This document shows positions 26,333 to 35,784 of a stretch of DNA of 57,650 nucleotides, in pieces (positions within the stretch are counted from its first letter, which is position 1; every line of letters starts with the position of its first letter). The notes under the pieces were generated by a model, which ran no database searches, was not told where the DNA came from, and saw nothing but the letters and a program-made list of their open reading frames with translations. The position numbers were made by a program, and so were the translations under genes. The stretch lies in assembly GCA_021817125.1 (NCBI GenBank), contig JAKAWC010000003.1:1-57650 (forward strand). The letters are read 5' to 3'. Source of the stretch: Candidatus Micrarchaeota archaeon. GTDB taxonomy: Archaea > Micrarchaeota > Micrarchaeia > Micrarchaeales > CABMGC01.

Positions 26333-27376
26333 ATGCGAGTAATACGATTCAACAATGTCGCCCAGTCACTCAAGCTTGAGCCCGAGTCGTTCGACGACCT
26401 CTACCTGATAGCAAGGGTCGTGTCAGGCGGGGATGTAGTCGAGGCAAAGAGCCTGAGGCGTTTCAGGGCGAGCGAAGGAGACGTCGGGGAGCAGAAGGAG
26501 GTCACGATACGGCTCCAGGTGGAGCGTGCGGAGGTCGACAAGAGCGCGGACATGCTCCGCATCACCGGCAAGATAGTCGGCGGCCACCCAGAGGAGTTCA
26601 TCCGCATGGGCAGCTACCATACGATAAACCTCGGTGCCGGGGAGATAATTGATATACAGAAGCCTGAGTGGAAGGACTACCTATTAAAGAGGATAAAGCA
26701 GGCGATGCTCGACTCGAAGAAGCCGAAGCTCGGTATCATAGTGATGGACGACGAGCTCGCAACAATCGCGTACGTGAAGGGATACGGCATAGAGATTCTG
26801 TCGCAGCTCTATAGCAAGCTCTCAAAAAGAATGAAGGAGAAGGACTTCGAGAAGCAGAAAGAGCAGTACTTCAATGACCTAATCAAGTCGGCCAACAACA
26901 TGAAGGTCGACATAGTGGTGCTCGCCGGACCCGGCTTCACGAAGGACGACCTCAAGAAGCACATAGCGCAGAAGGGGGCGAAGGTCGAGAAGAAGGTGTT
27001 CTACACCGCGGCGAGCGATGCTGAGCGCTCTGGCGTGCGGGAGGTGATGCAGAGCGACATAGTGGCAGACATATTCGAGAAGGAACACGTGAGGAAGGAG
27101 TTCGAGTACCTCAACATCTTCCTGCAGGGGGTCCGCACGAGCGGTGCGTTCTACGGCAACGCACAGGTGCGCGAGGCGCTCGAGTCGTACAGGGCAGGCA
27201 TAGTGCTGGTCAACGACTCCGTTCTTGACGACAAACAGGTAAAAGAGTTGCTCGATATTGCCGATCAGAGCAAGGTACGGATAGAAATATTCAACTCGGA
27301 GGATGACGCGGGCATGCAGTTGAAGAACTTCAAGGACATAGCCGCGATATCCAAGCTGCTGATGTCAAAGGAGTAG
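26333..27376 (+). CDS. pelA: Pelota/Dom34 mRNA surveillance protein
   Basis: PESFDDLY, LRITGKI, GSYHTI, LAGPGFTK. Confidence 0.95.
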   Translation: MRVIRFNNVAQSLKLEPESFDDLYLIARVVSGGDVVEAKSLRRFRASEGDVGEQKEVTIRLQVERAEVDKSADMLRITGKIVGGHPEEFIRMGSYHTINLGAGEIIDIQKPEWKDYLLKRIKQAMLDSKKPKLGIIVMDDELATIAYVKGYGIEILSQLYSKLSKRMKEKDFEKQKEQYFNDLIKSANNMKVDIVVLAGPGFTKDDLKKHIAQKGAKVEKKVFYTAASDAERSGVREVMQSDIVADIFEKEHVRKEFEYLNIFLQGVRTSGAFYGNAQVREALESYRAGIVLVNDSVLDDKQVKELLDIADQSKVRIEIFNSEDDAGMQLKNFKDIAAISKLLMSKE

Positions 27377-27407
27377 TAATTAAAAATCCTATCGTTTTAT
27401 AGATATC

Positions 27408-27953
27408 ATGCCCAAGCGAAAGGCGGCGGCAGGCAGGCGAGCAGGCAGGCGAGCCCGGGCAACGCCGGCAGCGCGCAGCACTGTCAAGGACACCGCACGG
27501 CTTGTCGTGTTGATAATCATTATCGAGCTGATAGGGCTGTTTGCGTCGATATTCACACAGAGTTCGGTCTCGGTGTGGTATGCGACGCTGCAGAAGCCCG
27601 CGTTCATTCCGCCAAACTATGTTTTCGCTCCTGTTTGGGTGGTGCTGTTCGCGCTCATGAGTACGGCAGCGTTCATGGTGTGGAAAAAGGGAACCGAACG
27701 TCAGGACGTGCGCGTGGCTTTGAACTCATTCGGAATGCAGTTCCTGCTTAACGTGCTCTGGTCCCTCATATTCTTTGGCATGCGCTCGCCGCTCTTCGGA
27801 CTTATCGAGGTAATCCTTCTCTGGATTGCGATAGCGATCACGATGATGGAGTTCAGGAAAGTCTCGGAGCGTGCTTTCTGGTTGATGGTCCCGTACATCC
27901 TCTGGGTGACTTTCACAGTAGTGCTGACGTACTACATCTGGATCCTGAATTGA
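27408..27953 (+). CDS. tspO: TspO/MBR tryptophan-rich sensory protein
   Basis: WY..LQKP.F.PP..VFAPVW, QFLLNVLWS..FF, LMVPYILWVTF. Confidence 0.93.
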   Translation: MPKRKAAAGRRAGRRARATPAARSTVKDTARLVVLIIIIELIGLFASIFTQSSVSVWYATLQKPAFIPPNYVFAPVWVVLFALMSTAAFMVWKKGTERQDVRVALNSFGMQFLLNVLWSLIFFGMRSPLFGLIEVILLWIAIAITMMEFRKVSERAFWLMVPYILWVTFTVVLTYYIWILN

Positions 27954-28002
27954 GCAAAGCGTCGGTTCTAAATTCCTAACCTTACGAATAGATATCCATT
28001 AT

Positions 28003-28074
28003 GGGCTCGTGGCTCAGTAGTAGAGCGTTCCGTTCGCAACGGAAAGGTCGCGGGTGCGATCCCCGCCGAGTCCA
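28003..28074 (+). tRNA. tRNA-Ala(CGC)
   Basis: GGGCTCG/CGAGTCC acceptor with G3:U70; anticodon arm TTCCG-TTCGCAA-CGGAA; no encoded CCA. Confidence 0.92.
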
Positions 28075-28075
28075 A

Positions 28076-28098
28076 TAAACTTCTTGGAAAGAAGTTTA
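28076..28098. repeat. Palindrome TAAACTTCTT-GGA-AAGAAGTTTA (dispersed element copy 2)
   Basis: Immediately 3' of tRNA-Ala; matches 24782-24801. Confidence 0.75.
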
Positions 28099-28136
28099 AT
28101 CAGAAAGTCCGGATGCATGGCGCAGGGTTGGGTAGG

Positions 28137-29468
28137 CTACCTGAAGAGCCTCACCCGTGCGGACTTCTTTCTTTCGACTTCGCACATTGCGTAGTAGAAT
28201 GCTATGAGCAGCATTATCGTCACGCCGCCTACGACTAGCGCTTCCTTCGGCATGCCCACGAAGAACGCGAGTATCGCAACGGTGCCTGCGATGGGCAGAT
28301 AAGGATATAGCGGAGCCACGAAAGGTGCCTTAACGCCGCGTCTCCTGAAATGCACCAGGTCAAACCCTATCATCAGGTAGTTGAACAGGAGCCCGAAGTT
28401 CGCTATCGATGCGATCACGTATATGTTCCCAGCGAAGAGCATCGCTATGCCTATCATTGCAGACACCACTATGCCGTTGATGGCGACATCCTTCTTCTGG
28501 TTGTACTTCCTCATGAATCTAGGCAGCAGGCCGTCCTCGCTCATCTGGAGCAGCGACCTCGATGCCGTCAGTATCATGGCTATCGTTGCTGAAGCTGTGG
28601 CTATGAGCGCGCCTATGTCTACGACTATAAGCAGCCACTCCGGGGCTCTGCTGTTCGTCAACGCGAACGAGAGCGGGTCTGCGTTGACGCTGTATGCGGA
28701 AGGCGGGTTGAGCACCAGGAGGCTCGCGACGACAAGCACGTAGATGATAATGCTTATCAGGACTGCACCAAGCAGTGCCTTCACGTATCCGGCTGCGCCG
28801 CCCTTTATCCTGTCGGTCAGCGTAGATATGGCTTGGAACCCAGAGTAGGCAAAGAATATGGCGACGCTCGCGGCGAAGATCCCACCTATGCCACTGCCCG
28901 AGAAGTTGAAGGCGAAGCTCTGCGGTGAGATATGCACTCCGCCGAAGAACGCCAGGTACATGGCGAAGCCGATGAAGAGCAGAAGGATCGCTATCTTTAT
29001 AGTGACGAGCCCGAAGTCGGCCTCTGCAGCCTTCTTGACGCCCAGTATATTGACGAGCGACAGCAATATTATCAAGCCGATAGCGAACGGTATCGCGTAC
29101 GCTGAAACCGAGAGTCCTATGATACTCGACAGATACGAGCCGAAACCAAGGGCTATCGCACCTATCGCCGTCGAGAGCGCCATGTACCTCAGCATGCCCG
29201 TTATGAAACCCAGCTCGCTGCCGAAAGCGGCGTAGGTATAAGAGTACGACGCACCTCTCTTGTCCGGAAGGAGTGAACCGAGCTCGCCCAGTTCAAGCGC
29301 CACTATGAGCGCAACAGTGCCGACGAGCACGAACGCCAGCAGCGCGTCCGCGCCGGCTAGCACCACCGCAGTGCCGCTGAGCACGAATATGCCGGCGCCT
29401 ATTATCGCACCCAGGCCTACCGCAGTGGTAACAGCCACGCCGATATCCTTCTTGCCGCGCCCTGCCAA
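28137..29468 (-). CDS. APC-family amino acid permease
   Basis: GAIIGAGIF, ELGS..P...G.SY.Y, FFAYSGF, PF.APLYP. Confidence 0.93.
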   Translation of the reverse strand: MAGRGKKDIGVAVTTAVGLGAIIGAGIFVLSGTAVVLAGADALLAFVLVGTVALIVALELGELGSLLPDKRGASYSYTYAAFGSELGFITGMLRYMALSTAIGAIALGFGSYLSSIIGLSVSAYAIPFAIGLIILLSLVNILGVKKAAEADFGLVTIKIAILLLFIGFAMYLAFFGGVHISPQSFAFNFSGSGIGGIFAASVAIFFAYSGFQAISTLTDRIKGGAAGYVKALLGAVLISIIIYVLVVASLLVLNPPSAYSVNADPLSFALTNSRAPEWLLIVVDIGALIATASATIAMILTASRSLLQMSEDGLLPRFMRKYNQKKDVAINGIVVSAMIGIAMLFAGNIYVIASIANFGLLFNYLMIGFDLVHFRRRGVKAPFVAPLYPYLPIAGTVAILAFFVGMPKEALVVGGVTIMLLIAFYYAMCEVERKKSARVRLFR

Positions 29469-29589
29469 TGCATCACCTATAATCTGGCTATCGATGCGAC
29501 TATGGCCTGCATCCCAACGTCCATGACTTCCTCTCTTATTAGCAATCTAAATACTTTCGGGTAGCAAGGCAGATTTATCCGATGATGCG

Positions 29590-30141
29590 ATGGACGACAC
29601 TCCTGCATGGATGCTCTGCGAGGACATGCTCAATAAGATACGTGAGGAGCTTCTTGTTGAGGCGACAGAGGTGCTCCACAGGGAAGCGGACGCAGGCCGC
29701 ATAGCCATAAACGGATATGTAGTGACGACCCCAGACAGGCCGTCAGATATGGAACGGGATTTCTTTGTCATAAACAATCTCCTCGCGCAGGAGCAGGAAA
29801 TGCGCGAGAAGTATGCGTCGTTCATACGTGAGAAGGAGGCGGATCCGAAGTCGATGGATACATACACAGTCGGTAGGGTAGAGGAGATGAAGAAGTTCCT
29901 TACCGCGCTGACAGAGATCTCGATGCTCATGCACTGTAGCCACGAGATGAACGAGTGGATAGATGAGCTGAGAAAGATCCCAAAGATCCAAGAACCGGAG
30001 AAGATAATCGCTACGATAATCGCACACAACGAGCCGAGGCAGGAGCTGCTGCGCTTCGTGCTGAAACGAAAGGCGCTCGTCGACGAGGAGGTGCTCACCG
30101 TCGATGAAAGGGCCATACTTGAAAAAGCCTTAAATAGCTAG
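29590..30141 (+). CDS. Hypothetical acidic helical protein
   Basis: 183-aa ORF with host-like codon usage filling the gap between genes. Confidence 0.7.
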   Translation: MDDTPAWMLCEDMLNKIREELLVEATEVLHREADAGRIAINGYVVTTPDRPSDMERDFFVINNLLAQEQEMREKYASFIREKEADPKSMDTYTVGRVEEMKKFLTALTEISMLMHCSHEMNEWIDELRKIPKIQEPEKIIATIIAHNEPRQELLRFVLKRKALVDEEVLTVDERAILEKALNS

Positions 30142-30172
30142 GTATACAACTGAGTTGTATCTGGTCTTACTA

Positions 30173-30940
30173 ATGGTAAACGATTACCTTACTATAGCAC
30201 TGTCCTTCGTAATGGGACTGGCGGTGTTCGCATCGATGCCGCTCATCTTCAACAAGAAGATGATCAAGCACATGCTCTTCCTGAACGCGTTTGCCATAGG
30301 CATACTGGTCTTCCTGCTGTTGGACATATATGGCGATGTAGCCGGGGTATTCGGGAACAGCAGCATAACAAACCCTCTTGAGATAATCTTCATAGTGGGC
30401 TTCGCGCTCTCGTTCCTGTTCTTCATAATGCCGAAAGAGAGCAGGGACCCCGAACTGAGCCCGAAGCGTACATCGATGCTCGCGGCGATCGGCATCGGGT
30501 TCCAGAACCTGACAGAGGGCCTGCTCTTCGGCTCGGCCGGTGCAGCTGGTCTAGTGCCAATATATGTGCTATCAATAATCGGCTTCACGCTCCAGAATAT
30601 GACCGAAGGCTTTCCGATTGCAGCGCCGATGGTCGGGGCAAAGCAGGCTATCGAGAAGAAGTTCATTGTCGGCGCATTCATAATCGGAGGCGCACCGACC
30701 GTGGTGGGCACAGTAATCGGGATATTCTTCTTCTCAAACGCGTTTATAACTCTCTTCGATGCGCTCGCGAGCGCCGCGATACTCTACGTCGTCTTCGTGC
30801 TGTTCCATGTTAACATAAATCGTGGGAGGGCACTGATGGACGGGAAGGGGGTGCACAACTTCATGTGGACGACCTATGCGGGCATACTCCTTGGATTCGT
30901 AATCGCGTACGTAGTAAACTATACCCTCGTCATACCCTGA
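30173..30940 (+). CDS. ZIP-family metal transporter
   Basis: AIGIGFQNLTEGL and GFTLQNMTEGFPI (HN.xEG motifs with H->Q). Confidence 0.85.
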   Translation: MVNDYLTIALSFVMGLAVFASMPLIFNKKMIKHMLFLNAFAIGILVFLLLDIYGDVAGVFGNSSITNPLEIIFIVGFALSFLFFIMPKESRDPELSPKRTSMLAAIGIGFQNLTEGLLFGSAGAAGLVPIYVLSIIGFTLQNMTEGFPIAAPMVGAKQAIEKKFIVGAFIIGGAPTVVGTVIGIFFFSNAFITLFDALASAAILYVVFVLFHVNINRGRALMDGKGVHNFMWTTYAGILLGFVIAYVVNYTLVIP

Positions 30941-32195
30941 CTACTCCTTTGTAGTATCCGAGCCTCGCCCTGATGAAACTGGTCACCGATAGGAGTGTGA
31001 CCGCGATTGCCAGCACGAATGTATACATGTATCCGAGCTGCGCGGATATCACCCCAGAACCAAATGCACCCAGGACTGTCGACGCACCTATGATTGCAAC
31101 CCAGAGGCCGACATAATAACCCTTATTCTTTCCTCGTATGTGGTCATATATCATCACTGAGGCCGTGACATTCCAGAGTGCGTATGCAAAGCCTCCGATT
31201 ACATACGCCAGGATGTTCACATAGAAGAACGCACCGGTCAGAAAGAACAGGGGCAGCATCACCAGGAGATAACACGCACACCTAAGGAAGACTGAAGCAT
31301 GATAGTACCTGTGCAAGTCTATCCGCCTCGCCAGCAGCAATACGATTGCATATACCGACACCTGGCCCACCGCGTTGAATATGTTTATTGAGAAGATGTT
31401 GCTGTATGACAAGCCAAACGCCCGCAGGAACGGGATGTATGACGTGTTGAAGAGGTTCATGCCAAGGCTGAACAACGCTACGGAGACGAGCAGCGCAGCC
31501 GTGCCATTGAGTCCCGTGCCGTCGATAGTCTCGTGTATCCTCTTGGTCAGAGATATGGTGGTCAGGACGTTGGGCACATGCGTCAGCATGTTAAACGGTG
31601 CAAAGAACAGGCTGACCAGTCCCCTGGTTGTAGACGTGGTCCGCACATGCCTGTCTCTTATCAGCGTGAGTGCAAGCACCAATGCACTCAGGTTGAGGAG
31701 CAGCAATAAGACCAGGTACATCTTTATGTATGCCGACGTCACAAAGTACCCTGGCAGAAATGCAAGAAGAGTGCCGCCTATCGCCCAGATGCTGTACCTG
31801 CTGAAATATTTCGGCAATGACGGATCCCGCTTCTCGCCCATCAGCATTATGTTTATCGCCGGGGAAGCAGCCGTGGCGACGAACGCGAAGAGTGCATAAG
31901 TGATCTGCAAAGTGGCAACGTGGTCTAGCAGGTACATTATCGCTATGATGGGGAAGGTGCCCAAGAGCGAAAGGAGGATAAGCTCCTTTGTCATCCCCGA
32001 GTCGTCGGTCACCTTGCCCCAGAGTATGGACGCAGGGATGCTGATAAGGCTATAAAGCGCGAATGCGACCCCAACGTCGAACACCGTCCCACCAAGATCC
32101 AGTATGTAGATGGGGATGATTATGCTGAGTCCGCTGCCGACCGCGGATAACGGGAGTATCGTGTATATCCAGCTATAGTCTGGTTTCTCAGCCAT
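30930..32195 (-). CDS. MFS transporter
   Basis: 12-TM profile; WGKVTDDSG motif A. Confidence 0.85.
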   Translation of the reverse strand: MAEKPDYSWIYTILPLSAVGSGLSIIIPIYILDLGGTVFDVGVAFALYSLISIPASILWGKVTDDSGMTKELILLSLLGTFPIIAIMYLLDHVATLQITYALFAFVATAASPAINIMLMGEKRDPSLPKYFSRYSIWAIGGTLLAFLPGYFVTSAYIKMYLVLLLLLNLSALVLALTLIRDRHVRTTSTTRGLVSLFFAPFNMLTHVPNVLTTISLTKRIHETIDGTGLNGTAALLVSVALFSLGMNLFNTSYIPFLRAFGLSYSNIFSINIFNAVGQVSVYAIVLLLARRIDLHRYYHASVFLRCACYLLVMLPLFFLTGAFFYVNILAYVIGGFAYALWNVTASVMIYDHIRGKNKGYYVGLWVAIIGASTVLGAFGSGVISAQLGYMYTFVLAIAVTLLSVTSFIRARLGYYKGVVRV

Positions 32196-32396
32196 GACTA
32201 CTTTCTATGCGGTCAAGAAATAAAAAGACAGCGCTTAGGTTCTTCGTCACGGAAGGAGACGCGTTCGTATGGCAGATCCCCGATTTCGTCATGCCGCTGG
32301 ACCAGAGCGTCATAGAATCTGGCGCCAGCCTGGTGCGGCTGGACTATAGTAATATAAGTCTAACTTAGCCAATATATTCTGCTATTTAGTGGTTAG

Positions 32397-33089
32397 ATGA
32401 AGGCGGTAATAATAGCAGGAGGCCACGGCAAGAGGATGAGACCGCTGACGGAAAACGTCCCAAAGACGATGGTGGAGGTAGGGGGCAAGCCGTTCATCGA
32501 CTGGATAATCAAGTGGTTCATGTCTTGCGGAGTGAACGATTTCGTCCTTCTTGTCGGTTACAAGAAAGAGGTCCTGATGGAGCACCTCGACTCGAAGAAG
32601 GATGAGCTCGGGATAAGCGTGCGATACTCTGCAGAGGAGGTTCCGCTCGGCACCGGAGGGGCGCTGAAGAATGCACAGCACCTACTGGACTGCGAGAAGG
32701 AGTTTGCAGTCGTCAACAGTGATTTTGTCACGAACATCGACATCCGGAAACTCTCCCTTCGGAATGGCGCTGTCGCATCAGTAGCGATTATGCCCATGAA
32801 AAGTCCATACGGCATAGTAGAGATGCAGGGAGACCTGATAACGAGGTTCAGGCAGAAGCCTGTGCTCAATGACGTGCTGATGAACGCCGGCATCTACGTA
32901 ATGAGCGACAAGATGTTCGGCTACCTTCCGGACAAGGGCGAGTTCGAGACCCACGGATTCCCGGAGCTGGTCGCGCAGGGCAAGCTAAACGGATACAACT
33001 TCGCAGGCTCCTACTGGAGGACAGCCGACACCATCAAGGAGGTCGAGGAGATAAACGCAGACATACAGGGCGGGGTCGTCTTCAAGTAG
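32397..33089 (+). CDS. Sugar-phosphate nucleotidyltransferase
   Basis: AVIIAGGHGKRMRPLT..PK, EEVPLGTGGAL. Confidence 0.92.
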   Translation: MKAVIIAGGHGKRMRPLTENVPKTMVEVGGKPFIDWIIKWFMSCGVNDFVLLVGYKKEVLMEHLDSKKDELGISVRYSAEEVPLGTGGALKNAQHLLDCEKEFAVVNSDFVTNIDIRKLSLRNGAVASVAIMPMKSPYGIVEMQGDLITRFRQKPVLNDVLMNAGIYVMSDKMFGYLPDKGEFETHGFPELVAQGKLNGYNFAGSYWRTADTIKEVEEINADIQGGVVFK

Positions 33090-33090
33090 T

Positions 33091-33885
33091 GTGCGTATGC
33101 TCGTCAAGACCGGTATGTTTGTAAGGCCCAAGAAGTCGCTGGGTCAGAACTTCCTCGTCAATGAAAAGGTAGTCGAGGCGGAAGCCGTGCACGGTGTGGG
33201 AAAGAACGTCCTCGAGATGGGTCCCGGATACGGAATCCTCACGAAGATGCTCTGCTTGAAGGCGAAACGCGTCGTCGCCGTAGAAAGAGACCAGAATCTC
33301 TTCAAACACCTGAAGGCGGAGATAAAGAGCAGGAAGCTAAAGCTGATAAACGCAGATTTCTTCGATGTGAGCGATGCGGATCTCGAGCTTAGCGACACGG
33401 ACATACTGATATCGAATATCCCATATGCGCTCTCGAGCAAGACGATAGAATGGCTATCCGAGAAAGACATGCAGGCTGTGCTCTGTCTGCAGAAAGAGTT
33501 CGTGGAGCACATGCTTGCGAAGGAAGACACCAGAAAGTACTCGAAGCTCAGCGTAATAACCTCCTTGTCGTTCTCGGTGACGAAGATAATGGACGTGCCA
33601 AAGGGCAACTTCAGGCCGATGCCGAAGGTCGACTCTGCGCTCATCTATGTAAAGCCAAAGGGAGCCCAGATAACAGCGCTGGAGATGGCGGTCATATCCG
33701 CATTGATGCAGCACAAGAAGAAGACTGTCCGCAGCGCGCTGATAGACTCGCACAGCCACCTCGGCAGGAGCAAGGAGCAGCTGTCAAAGATTGCAGATAC
33801 GCTGGACGGAAAAGAGCAAAGGCTCTTCAAGATGCGCCCGCACGAGATACTCTCTCTGGCAAAAGAGATAAGCGCAAGATTGTAG
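33091..33885 (+). CDS. rsmA: 16S rRNA m6,2A dimethyltransferase RsmA/KsgA
   Basis: KKSLGQNFL, LEMGPGYGILT, SNIPY, FRPMPKVDS. Confidence 0.95.
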   Translation: MRMLVKTGMFVRPKKSLGQNFLVNEKVVEAEAVHGVGKNVLEMGPGYGILTKMLCLKAKRVVAVERDQNLFKHLKAEIKSRKLKLINADFFDVSDADLELSDTDILISNIPYALSSKTIEWLSEKDMQAVLCLQKEFVEHMLAKEDTRKYSKLSVITSLSFSVTKIMDVPKGNFRPMPKVDSALIYVKPKGAQITALEMAVISALMQHKKKTVRSALIDSHSHLGRSKEQLSKIADTLDGKEQRLFKMRPHEILSLAKEISARL

Positions 33886-34578
33886 CTACCGAGAAGAGGG
33901 CTCCGGGGGTATAACCTCTCTGAGTATTATCCCGTTCTTCGCGCCATTCTTGAAGAGCTGCTCGGCATCTCTCGCTCTTTGTTCTCCAAGCAAGCCCCTA
34001 TAGTGCATCGGCGCAATCCGGACCGCATCTATGGCTCTCGATGCCTCTATCGCCTCGCCAACGTCCATTGTATAAGTGCCGCCCATAGGGACCAGGCCAA
34101 GGTTCGGCTTTAAGCCGTGCATCTCCTCGACCAGGTCTGTGTCTCCAGCATGATAGAGTGGCATGTTATCGAAATCGATTATGTAACCGACCCAGCCATT
34201 CTCCTTAGGGTGGTAATGCAGCCTCTCCTTCTTCACGTTGTATGCCGGGATGGTGTCAAACTCCAGCCCGTTTACACTGTACTCGTCGCCAGGTTCGACC
34301 GCCTCCACTCTCGGATACTGCAGCTTCAGTTTCTGCGCAACATCCTTCGGAGCCACGAACTGCGTATCCGCATCCGCGATCCTCTTTATATCGTCAGGGC
34401 TGAAATGGTCGTAGTGGCCATGCGTTATGAACACAAAATCGGCGTGCGGAGCATTGAGCTCGCGGAGATGGTAAGGATCGATGTAAATGTTTCTTTTCCT
34501 GTCTTCGATAAGGAACGACGCATGCCCTATCCACTTCACCGAACTCAAGTCCATAGAATCACACTCAATATTGCTCAA
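33886..34578 (-). CDS. Metallo-beta-lactamase fold hydrolase
   Basis: WIGHASF, IDP, THGHYDH, YHAGDT, PMHY. Confidence 0.92.
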   Translation of the reverse strand: MSNIECDSMDLSSVKWIGHASFLIEDRKRNIYIDPYHLRELNAPHADFVFITHGHYDHFSPDDIKRIADADTQFVAPKDVAQKLKLQYPRVEAVEPGDEYSVNGLEFDTIPAYNVKKERLHYHPKENGWVGYIIDFDNMPLYHAGDTDLVEEMHGLKPNLGLVPMGGTYTMDVGEAIEASRAIDAVRIAPMHYRGLLGEQRARDAEQLFKNGAKNGIILREVIPPEPSSR

Positions 34579-34614
34579 CGAACTCCTTTAATCCTTTCCG
34601 GTTGCAAAGGCGGC

Positions 34615-35760
34615 TCAGCGCTTACCGGGATGTTCGTTATTCCCCGTCACCACCAAGACGACGTTCTTTCCCTCGAATCGCCTCCGGTTTTCCTGATACA
34701 TCTTAATAAAGCCGGCAAACCCCGCCGCGCCGCCAGGTTCAGCGGATAAGCTCTCCCTGTTCTGCAATCTCCTCCGAGCAGCCTCTATCTCGTCATCGCT
34801 CACCCCGACAGCGTCGCCTCCGGTCTCCCTTATGGCGGCAATTCCCTCAAATCCGAACGTAGGGTAGCCAACCGCGATTGCATCGGCATAAGTCTGCGGG
34901 CGTACGTACCTCACCTCCTGCCCTTCCCGGAATGCTCTTACCAACGGATCACAGCCTTCGGACTGCACCGCGATTATTCTAGGAAACCCGTTGATCCATC
35001 CCAGCTGTCTGAACTCCATAAGCCCCTTGTACACTGCAGCAAGGAGCGTCGCATTGCCGACCGGAATGAAAAGATAGTCAGGCAGGTTGTATCGGAACTG
35101 CTCTATCAACTCAAATATGACCCCCTTCTGGCCCTCTTTCCGATAATGGAAGTCCCCGCAGAGAAAAGCGCGTTCGTCCGCCGCAAATCTCTCCGAGGCA
35201 GCCACAGCGTCATTGAAGTCCCCATCGATCTCGACAACATCCGCCCCCGCCTTCTTGATCTTCCCAACCTTTTCGCGGTTTGCGCCCGTGCTCACGAATA
35301 TGGTGCTGTGCAGCCCCTCATGCTTCGCATACGTGGCAACCGAAAGGCCCATGTTGCCCGTGGACCCGCAGCACACGCTGCCGAATCCGAGTTCGACAGC
35401 CTTGCCGATCTCTACCGCCGATCCCCTATCCTTGAACGACCTTGTCGGGTTCTCGTCCTCCCTCTTAAGATATATGTTTACTCCCTCAACGTCCAGGCTC
35501 TTCGCCTTTAGCAGGCGCGTGCCGCCCTCATTGAGCGAGGAAAGCTTTGCCGGGAAGAAGGGTCCGTATTTCCTCTGCCTTATCGGCATCTTCCTGAAGT
35601 CCTTCGGCAGCCTCAGGGTAGAATAATCATACACGATTTCCAAGACGCCACCGCATCTGGCGCACCTGCCGACGGAACCCGCCTCACCCGTCTTCAATTT
35701 GCAGGACATGCAGACTAGGCTGTAATCCATGAGAGGACCATTACAAGACTCTGACCCCAC
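34615..35760 (-). CDS. thrC: Threonine synthase-like PLP enzyme
   Basis: N-terminal CxxC..CxxC, EGGT.L, NPTRSFKDRG, STGN, PVGNA, VTGN. Confidence 0.85.
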   Translation of the reverse strand: MGSESCNGPLMDYSLVCMSCKLKTGEAGSVGRCARCGGVLEIVYDYSTLRLPKDFRKMPIRQRKYGPFFPAKLSSLNEGGTRLLKAKSLDVEGVNIYLKREDENPTRSFKDRGSAVEIGKAVELGFGSVCCGSTGNMGLSVATYAKHEGLHSTIFVSTGANREKVGKIKKAGADVVEIDGDFNDAVAASERFAADERAFLCGDFHYRKEGQKGVIFELIEQFRYNLPDYLFIPVGNATLLAAVYKGLMEFRQLGWINGFPRIIAVQSEGCDPLVRAFREGQEVRYVRPQTYADAIAVGYPTFGFEGIAAIRETGGDAVGVSDDEIEAARRRLQNRESLSAEPGGAAGFAGFIKMYQENRRRFEGKNVVLVVTGNNEHPGKR

Positions 35761-35784
35761 CTATAAAAGCCTTATCCATGGAGG

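Noticed and set aside
32235-32368. Coding-like startless frame (RFFVTEGDAFVWQIPDFVMPLD...)
   Set aside because: Short, with no recognisable family; it may be a gene remnant but is unsupported.
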